Part shown: piece after piece, positions 50,526-59,483 of the stretch
How positions within the stretch are numbered: position 1 is the first letter of the stretch
How the letters are laid out: each line of letters starts with the position of its first letter
Source of the DNA: Selaginella moellendorffii
Lineage: Eukaryota; Plantae; Lycopodiophyta
DNA length: 64,000 bases
Assembly: GCF_000143415.4 (NCBI RefSeq)
Contig: NW_003314345.1
Location: 266,574 to 330,573 of the forward strand
Direction of reading: 5' to 3'
Notes under the pieces: model-generated
Told to the model about the DNA's origin: nothing
What the model saw: only the letters and a program-made list of their open reading frames with translations
The model's database searches: none
Program-made: the position numbers and the translations under genes

Positions 50526-52007
50526 TGTAAGTGATTAATTTTTCCATTCTACTTTAGTCACTTAACCACCTCTCCAACCACAAGGAGGAGTCTCTTTCAC
50601 AACCTCCATAAGTCCAATTCAGGACTTGGGGCTTGCTAACCCCGAGAATTGCATCCATGCCACTCAACCTTTGCACTTGGTCCAAGTGCTCCACATGTCC
50701 GATCCCATGACTGACACCCCAAGGTACCACCGACATATCAGCCCGTTACGCTAGGCCACGCCCATTCACCTTGGTCACATCGGTGGTCTAACACTACCTG
50801 CATTGCAATCCCGTCTCTCCAAAACTGGGCCATCCGTCCATGGGTGGTCATCCCAGATCCACTCCTTGGCATCCTTAGGATGCCTGTAGACATGGGGAAT
50901 AGCCTTCCCCAATATCTCCGTTCCGGTCCCCACCAAGTCCCTTTCTGTCCTTAGTCGTGTTCGCCAACACTGCCACTGGATCAAGGCCCACGAGCCCGAC
51001 AGCTAAGTCCATTGGCATCTGGGACTACCTCACTGTGCGATTGTGTCCTTGGTCACCACACCAGAGGCTTATTCCTTTTCCTTTCCACAGTCTGGGACTT
51101 TGGGACAACATTTCGGAACACCGTGGCCCTATGTAGGGCTCATGGGTACTCCCCCACCTTCTGCCTTTAGGTGCTCTAGCCATGGGCTTAGAGCGAGGTT
51201 CCGTTGAGCCACGCCAGGTATCCAAGTAGGTAGTGCCACCCACACTTGGATTGGGAGCATCGGCTAGTCGATCTCCCGGGGGAACTAGAGCCGGCTCTTG
51301 AACACTTCACCAAGCTGCCCCGCTTGTCGGTCTGTGTTCACTCTAGTTTTGGACTTCCCAGTGAGCAACTCATCACCCAACACTGGGTAAAACCTTCCTA
51401 GGCCAAACTAGCCTTTCCTGGCCAAACTGCTTCCACTGCAGTCCTCCCCCTTACTATACTTTTGGAGCTCACCAAAACCCCCAGGGTCTGAGAGACGAAT
51501 GCTTTGGGCTTTCACCCTCTCAGACTCGAACTCGGACTCGGACTCGGACTCAGACTCAGACTCAGACTCGGGCTCAGGCTTGGGCTCGAGCTCGGTCTCG
51601 GCCTCAGCCTTGGTCTCGGTCTCGGTCCCGGTCTCGGTCTCGACTTCGGACTCCATCTCCCATCTCAGACTTCATCTCGGACTCCATCTCAGGTCCATCT
51701 CGGACTCCACCTCGGACTCTGTCTCAGATCCATCTCGGACTCTGTCTCAGATCCATCTCGGACTCCATCTCAAACACTTCCACATGTCATGTGTCGGTCC
51801 TCTTGTGTCCCTTTTCTAGAGACTCACTTATCTCTCACTTTGTGCTTGTTCCTCGAGCACTTCATTGGGAGTTCCACTCCCACTCTCGACCTTTCAAGTC
51901 GGAGCTTTTAGTCCAAATGTGTTACGCTCGTTTGGTTTTTGCTTCGGCCACTACTACATATCACCCTTCCGACTCCACTTTGGGGCCTAGGGATTTTGTG
52001 TCTCACA
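50526..52007 (-). mobile_element. 3' LTR of a family B element
   Basis: On the minus strand, TGTGAGACA start (52007) and ...CACTTACA end (50526). Preceded by PPT ATGGGTGGTGGAGT (rc at 52008-52021). Confidence 0.85.
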
Positions 52008-54506
52008 ACTCCACCACCCATAGACGAAGTTTGATGTCCTCATCGAACGGTAAACTATTTTATAAAGTAATACAAACTTGTATTACCCTATCCATCCTTG
52101 GCCTCTCGCCAAGATTCGTCAATGGTTTGATGCCGAAGGCTCACTATGCCTTGCCCATCCTCTAAGGGGCATAGTCTCTCCAACTTAGAGACTCATTCGA
52201 CCACTTGTGGTGGTCTTCTCCTTTTATTGGTTTAGTTCTCACTAAATCTGTTAAAGACACCTTCTCTATCTCAATCCTATTACTCATTCTCGAGTAGTCT
52301 CTACTTCTAGCCATTGCACTTTGGAACTTTTGGTCTTGACTTCTCAAAATCAATTTCCTAGGTGTCTCCGACACCTTGCATCGCACATATTGTGCAACTC
52401 TACTTCCCCATCCTAGGAAGTTCTTCACTTGAGGGCACTATCATCCTCTCTTCGATTTCATGCCATTTTTGGCACTAAGTTCCAGTTATCATAATCTGTG
52501 CTAGGGCTGTCTGCGGCCCCATCATATGGCTACCTTACCACTCCCACCCTTGGAGCTTCCGCTTTTGCCAAATCGGAGCAATTTAGGAATCCATCCTTGG
52601 AAACACATTGTTTTTCCCGCAATCTGTTAGCACCCAACACATTAGTATTAAACATTAGTTTTTGGCCTAACTTTGCCATTTGGATTCTTTCTCATGATTC
52701 CCATAACTTTTCTTTTTTTTTTTTTTTCTTAGCCATTAGTCTTTTGCTCCTATCCTTGATTGTTGCATCCAGTAATATAGGATCACTACCTCTATTCTCA
52801 AGGTATCCTTTCAGTTCCATAGTAAATACTTTGCTTTGCCAAGTCTAGAGGGTGTTCATCCCTAATACGTCTCTTTAACATTTTCTGTTGTGGGCTCTCT
52901 CCATGGCCCAACTTTGAGACCCTCCCATGGATCTTTTATAGAGACTACTTTCATCGGACTTGCTATGCCATCGCATTGACATAACTCATTTCCCTTAGGT
53001 GTTCTTCCCACTTGGTCACCTTGACCAAGCCACACCATCATCAATAGTTCAAATCAACACTTTGAACTTGGAACTTTATCCTTTAACCTCACAAGGACTT
53101 TGTCCTTGTTTTAGCCATAAGATCACATAGTGATCTAACCTTGGCACTTTAACAGGTTTGCCAATAGGTACTAGGTCTTTCAGACCTTTAAGTTGTTCGC
53201 CATGACCTCAGGGGCATCCCCCACACTTGGCGGTGCGCCCAAGCTAGCCCTTCCGGCCAAGGGTCTATAGCAACTGAGACTGGGTGTCCCCATTTCATTC
53301 ACCACGTCTTTGGTGCCACTTGCACCAAAGGGTTCAAGTTAGATATGTCGAGCCACATTAAGTAATCTAACCGTGTATCATGACTTTGAGGCATCCCTCG
53401 CTTGGCGGTGTGCCCAAACCAATCTCCCCAATGAGAGTCCATGACCACCGAAATATGAGTGTCCTCATATTCCAAACCATCACCACGCACTAATGAGTTG
53501 GGACTCGAACCCAAGCACTAGAGGGTCGAGACTTGAACCCAACCTCCGTATATGCATCTACAGATGGCATCACACAGGATGCTTGGCGTGACTCCCCACG
53601 CCGGTGCACTATCATACACTTAAAGTGCGTTACAGATCACAGCTTAGGAACCTAGTTCCTCCACACTGCCAAGTCCTCTCACTTGACATGTCTGTGATCA
53701 TGCATGGATTCCTCCATGCTTGGCCTCATGGGCCACCCTTTTTGAAGTTAGCACCTTCAACTAGGGTATTTGTTCCCCCTGACTTGCCAATCTCACTTAG
53801 CAAGTCATCCGACCACCATAACATGGTTCATGCATAAGCGTGAAAGTCCTCAACCATCAACTTTCATTCAAAGCCCTCTCTTTGAACACTCAGGAACTAC
53901 TTCCCTAACCTTGATAGCCTCGCCTCTTGGCAAGCTTCAAGACCATGCTTCTGCTACGCCACTTTGATTTCATGCACTCTATAAACCATTTACACTTGGA
54001 TGTCTAGGTACTTATCTACCAGGGGGAACGTTCAAGGAATTTTGTTCCTTAGCTTGCTAAGGTCTTTCCTTTCGCAAGTTTTCCAATTGCTATATAGTCT
54101 AACATAGACAATCCTATGTTTTAAACTCTTCATAGCATCCCAGTCGTTAGTAACAACATGCTTGAGCACCCACTTGATTCTCCACTCCCAACTTGCATAA
54201 TCACCTTTGGTCATGCCTATCAATCTATAGTTCGGTTCTATCCTTTTACTACTTGCATTTTGGCCTCATACATTTCCTTTGGTCATTCTCCTCCAAACTA
54301 GAAAAATAGCTTTGCACTTTCCACCATGCCTTGGAAAGTATTCATAGGGATGAACCTACCTGACAACCTAGGGAGTGATTCCTCAATCCGGGTTTGCTCC
54401 CCTCATAATCCCATACACTGGAATTCCCATTGCTACTTACAGGCCTTTATATACCCGTCATTAGCCTCACCAAAATCCCTTTTTAGCTTTGTCTTATTCA
54501 GGTAGA
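52008..54506 (-). mobile_element. Non-coding internal region of the family B element
   Basis: Same PPT as family A. 53370-53580 and 53195-53300 (rc) are homologous to the family A 3' UTR (about 59985-60210). No recognisable gag/pol ORF. Confidence 0.7.
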
Positions 54507-56140
54507 ATGGCTAGAGCACCCAAAAGCGGAAGGTGGGGAGAATACCTATGAGGTTTGCATAGGGCCATGGTGTTCTGGAATGTTGTCCCAAACTCTCGGA
54601 CTATGGAAAGGAAAAGGAGCAGTCCTCTGGTGTAGTGACCAAGGATACGGTTACATGGTGAGTGGGACTTGGTGGTTGGGTCTATGCCCCTTGACCCAGT
54701 GGCAGTGGTTGCAAATTATAAGCAACTAATTTTTCCATTCTACTTTAGTCACTTAACCACCTCTCCAACCACAAGGAGGAGTTTCTCTCACAACCTCCAT
54801 AAGTCCAATTCAGGACTTAGGGCTTGCTAACCCCGAGAATCGCATCCATACCACTCAACCTTTGCACTTGGTCCAAGTGCTCCACGTGTCTGATCCCATG
54901 ATCAACACCCCAACGAAGCAGAACCTAAACCCTCTATTGTAAAGAACCAACTCGCCGAGGTGTCGTAGGCTAAAGGAACCCCGAAAGCATGACCAAAATG
55001 ACAAAGAGTTCATTGGATGGGACCAAGTCAAAGATCGAGTCCAAGACCGACTCTAGGACCGAGTTCGAGATAGAGTCCGGAATCGAGTCCGAGACCGACT
55101 CGGGGACCGAGTTCGAGTCCGAGTTCGAGACCGAGTTCAAGACGGAGTCTGAGATCCGAAATCGGGTCCGAGACCGAGTCCGAGGTCGAGTCCAAGGTCG
55201 GGTCCGAGATCAGGTCCGAGATCGAGTCCGAGATCGAGTCCGAGACCGAATCCGAAGTCGGATCTGAAATTGGATCTGAGATCGAGCCAGAGACTAAGTC
55301 CAAATACTAATACGGGTCAAGGGGTGAAAGCCCAAAGCGTGCGTCTCCCAGGGGGGGGGGGGGGGGGGGGGCTGCAGGGGGTTCCAAAAGTATAGTAGGG
55401 ATAGTGAGGTCCAGGAACCAGTTTTGAAGGGACTCTCCAGTGGGGCTTCCAAACCGACTTGAGGTTGAGACTGGGACCGAGGGGCCTTGGGTGGGAGTGA
55501 GCACGGACTTGGTTGGTGCCGGAGGGGCCATCCAAGGAAGTGCTCAAGAGCAGCTCCCACTCCCGAAACCGATTGCGGTGCTTCTGGCTCATGTGGAGTG
55601 GTGCCCCACTTGAGTACCATGCAGCTAATTCATCCTCGCCCTTCCTAGGGGCTTGGGCCTTCCTTCGGGATGGAAGTGGGGGGGTAGAGGTACCCATACC
55701 GGGCCGCTAGGCCACGGTGTTTCGCCCCGGCGTCCCGAAGCAAGTGTTGCACTCAAGACTTGGGATTTAGAGGGTCCCATGATCAAGTCTTGTGGTACTA
55801 AGGGATGTTAGGAACCTGGAAGCTTGGTGTGCTTGGCTGCTTGTGCTTGCGGGGAGTGTAGCCGAACCTTAAGTCCAGTCTAACCCGGGGAGGGGGATTG
55901 GGAGTGATTTGGGAATCCGTGGATGGATGGCTAACACTCCGTTGCTCGTGCAGTGAGTAGCTGAAACCAAGTAGGAGCTGGTACCATAGGCGAGAACCTT
56001 GGCAAGGTAACTTAGCAAAAGCCAAAGCAGTGTTGGACGGATAGACGAGGTAAGCTGGCAAATGGGAAAGGAAAAATTTGTGGCTTACAATTTGGTATCG
56101 GAGCCAGTTCTAGCGAAGGATAGAGGCGGATTGCTGGGAA

Positions 56141-57329
56141 ATGGCAAGGGCAGAGCGTAAGCAAACCCAGGTGGAGACGGAACCTCCGCCGGAGCTAGAG
56201 CCTCCGGTCGAACAAGAGGCTATGGATGAGGAATCCTTGCATGAGGAGGACTCCAGTGAGGAAACTTCCAAACAAGAGTCCGGTGGCGAGGTTCGGTCAT
56301 CCAAGGCTCGATTGGACGTGCTAGAAGGACAATTGGCACAGACCAATGCCCTACTAGAGACTCTCATACGCAAGTTAAAGCGTGACGAGAAGCGGAAGAA
56401 AAAGCGAAAGACTGCGGATGCTGGCAGTGCAGAAGGTGCGGACCCTTCGGCAGGGACTGAGGCAAAACCAGACAAGGTCGAACAGACCGAAGTGGAATCA
56501 GTCCCTCAGGCAGTTCCCAAGTACAAACCAAAGCCCCCACCGGTGTTCAACGGAGTGAACGACTATAAGGTGGTGGAGGATTGGTTTTACGATATGGAGG
56601 ACTACTTCCGAGTGTTGCGATTACCGAGCTCGGAGAAGGTCCCATGTGCAAAACCATACTTGGCAGATAGTGCCAAGTCTTGGTGGAGAACAACGGAGGC
56701 CAACGAAGGACCGGTGGCCACCTGGGACATGATGAAGGCGAGGATCCGCGCAACATACGTTCCTCCGAATGCCACTTTGCATCTGAGAGATGAGCTGAGT
56801 AGGCTGAAGCAGACTGGAACCATCCAGGAATATGTGAATGGGTTCATGGCAAAGAGGATACTTGTCATGGACATGGGGGATATGGATGCGTTCCATGCCT
56901 TTATATCAGGTTTGCAAACCTGGGCTCGCGGTGAAGTGATGCGCTGGAACCCGACCAACTACAAGGAAGCGTTGGATGCGGCCATCAAGGTGCATTTCAA
57001 CGATAACCTGCGAAAGGGAACACGACGGGGTCGGGATCCACGTTTAGCAAAGGGGCTAAACCAAGGGGAACGTATAGCAGGGGGAAATTCAAGAAGAGTT
57101 TCTCTAAGTTTCCTCGGGGTTCCGGAAAGGCAAATCCGGTGGCCAGCGAGCGAGTACGTGGGGGAGTTAAGCGAAAAGAGACAAACCCACGGATAAGAAG
57201 GTCAAGTCATATAGCAGCGTGGGAAACAACGTATGCTACAACTGCGGTGAAGCGGGACACTTCTCGAGGGAATGTCCCTACCCGAAGAAGGCCAGAGCCA
57301 ATATGGCCATCAAGTCGGATGAAGTCTAA
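56141..57329 (+). pseudogene. gag: gag (retrotransposon gag domain plus CCHC knuckle), frameshifted near the C-terminus
   Basis: ORF 56141-57196 (PPVFNG...VEDWF.DME.YF...A..YL...AKSWW...LKQTGTI.EY). CYNCGEAGHFSRECP at 57234-57278 is in another frame. Confidence 0.9.
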
Positions 57330-58966
57330 ACTGAGGTATGTGATCCAGTCCTTAACTCAAAGTTGCTCATTACACGAGCAACTTTGGTAGAGAGTCGTTC
57401 GCGACATTTACTAGCCCTCCGAGGGAAGCTCAGAGGTAGCTTTGTTAAGATACTTATTGACACGGGTGCTTCGGATAATTTTGTGGCTGCAGACATAGTC
57501 CGGCAAGCCGGACTAACGGTGCAACCGCTAGGCGAACCAAGGACTATAGAGTTTGTTCAAGGTAGCCAAAGCACCGATGAGGTACTTCGACAAGCGAGAG
57601 TCGAAGTAGGGACATGGAAAGTAGACATGGATTTCACCGTGTTGGACATGGCGGGATTTGACGTGATCTTCGGAATGGATTGGTTCAATCAGTTCGTGGT
57701 AGCCCTACATGGACAAGGTAGGAACCTTATGGTACTGGCGAATGCCCAAGGAAGAAGATCTAGGGTGGAGGCCCAGGATCTAAAGGTAGGGCAAAGCAAG
57801 GCCAAAGAATCCTGCTTAAACCTGGTGTCCACGAGAGGACAACTCACTAAAGGAACTAAGGCAGCCTTTTTGTGCTTACTCTTGGTGAAGAGTGACAAAA
57901 AGACAGGAACGGAAGAAGTACCTTTAGTGATCCAGCGAGTGTTGGACCAATTCCAGGATACCATGCCGGAGGAGCTACCGGCGGGGTTGCCCCCCGCACG
58001 ACCGATAGAACATAAGATTGAGCTGGTCGAGGGCGCTGAGGCGCTGGTTCGTCCACCCTATCGTTTGAACGAAAAAGAACTCGCGGAGCTCAAATGCCAA
58101 CTAGAGGAGTTGGTGGACAAAGGGTATGTTAGGTTGAGCAAATTGCCGTATGGGGCACCGGTGTTATTTGTGAAAAAGAAAGATGGGTCTATGCGCATGT
58201 GCATAGACTACCGGTTGCTCAACAAGTATACAAAGAAGAACAAGTACCCTTTGCCAAGGATTGAGGACCTGTTCGATAGGTTGGGAAAGGCAAAATACTT
58301 CTCGAGAATTGACCTAAGGTCAGGATACTACCAGATCAGGGTAGCGGAGGAAGATGTCGAGAAGACAACCTGTCAAACGAGGTATGGGAGCTTTGAGTTT
58401 CTGGCGATGCCCTTCGGACTATGCAATGCGCCGGCAACGTTTTTGGCGTTGATGAACCATATCTTTGTACCCTATCTGGATCACTTTGTGGTCGTCTATA
58501 TTGACGACATCCTGATCTATAGCGAAACGCTAGAGGAGCATGCCAAACACTTGACGAAGGTGTTTGAGAAACTAAGGGAACACCAGCTGTATGCTAAAGA
58601 GAGCAAATGTGACTTTGCTCAACAAGGCTAGTGGGGGCTTGTTGCAAAGCATCCCCATTCCAGATCGTCCGTGGAAATGTCTCACGATGGACTTCATCAC
58701 GGGACTACCCCCAAGCGAGGGGTTCGATGCGATATTCGTGGTGGTCGACCGATTTTCGAAGATGGCACATTTTATACCCACCACAACGGAAGTGGATGCG
58801 GAAGGTGTGGCGAAGCTGTTCTTCGAACAAGTGGTTCGAGTGCGGGGAAGGCTGGAAGAGATTATCTCAGATCGAGATAAGATCTTCACCAGTAGGTTCT
58901 GGAGGACACTCCTAGAACAGTATCGCACCAAGTTGAAATTCAGCACAGCCTATCACCCACAGACAG

Positions 58967-59013
58967 GTAATGGGTATTAAGTCAAGATTGATGGCACTAA
59001 CACTTCTTGACAG
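58967..59013 (+). other. Spliceosomal intron (47 nt) in the integrase core
   Basis: AG|GTAATG...CTAAC...TTCTTGACAG|. Removal restores YHPQTDGQTERVN in frame. Confidence 0.88.
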
Positions 59014-59431
59014 ACGGACAAACGGAAAGGGTGAATAGGCAGCTGGAGGATTATTTGCGATGCTATGTCTCGGGAGACCAGACCGACTGGGTAAGTCATT
59101 TGGGACTTGCGGAAATGTGTTATAACAACTCACCACATTCGAGCATTGGGGTGAGTCCATGGGAAGTCATCAATGGGCGAGCTATTGAAGGTCCTGTGGA
59201 ACTCGGCGTGGCCGAGTATCATGGAGAGTTACCCGCAGTGGAGGCATTCACGGCGGAAAGACTCAACATTTGGAATCTAGTGAGGGATTCCTTGGAACGG
59301 GCTCAACAAAGGCAAACTAAGTAAGCGAACCAAAAGCGTCGGGATGTGGAGTTCCAAGCTGGGGAGAAGGTGTGGCTGAACACCAAGAACCTCAGGCTAC
59401 CAAGTGGGATCAGCCGGAAGTTGACCCAAAG

Positions 59432-59483
59432 GTAAAAATGCATATATTCCTGTAAATGAATTGATCTTGAGTTCCTTAAGCAG
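59432..59483 (+). other. Spliceosomal intron (52 nt) in the integrase GPY/F region
   Basis: AAG|GTAAAA...TTCCTTAAGCAG|G. Removal restores RKLTQRFAGPYEI in frame with HPVFHV and the chromodomain. Confidence 0.88.

Noticed and set aside
55030-55295. Regularly spaced repeats that might suggest a CRISPR array
   Set aside because: Degenerate 6/12-mers with no unique spacers, inside LTRs, in a eukaryotic context
57072-57108. Possible 37-nt intron fixing the gag frameshift
   Set aside because: Weak donor, very short, and a TAA at 57168 remains; decay indels explain it equally well
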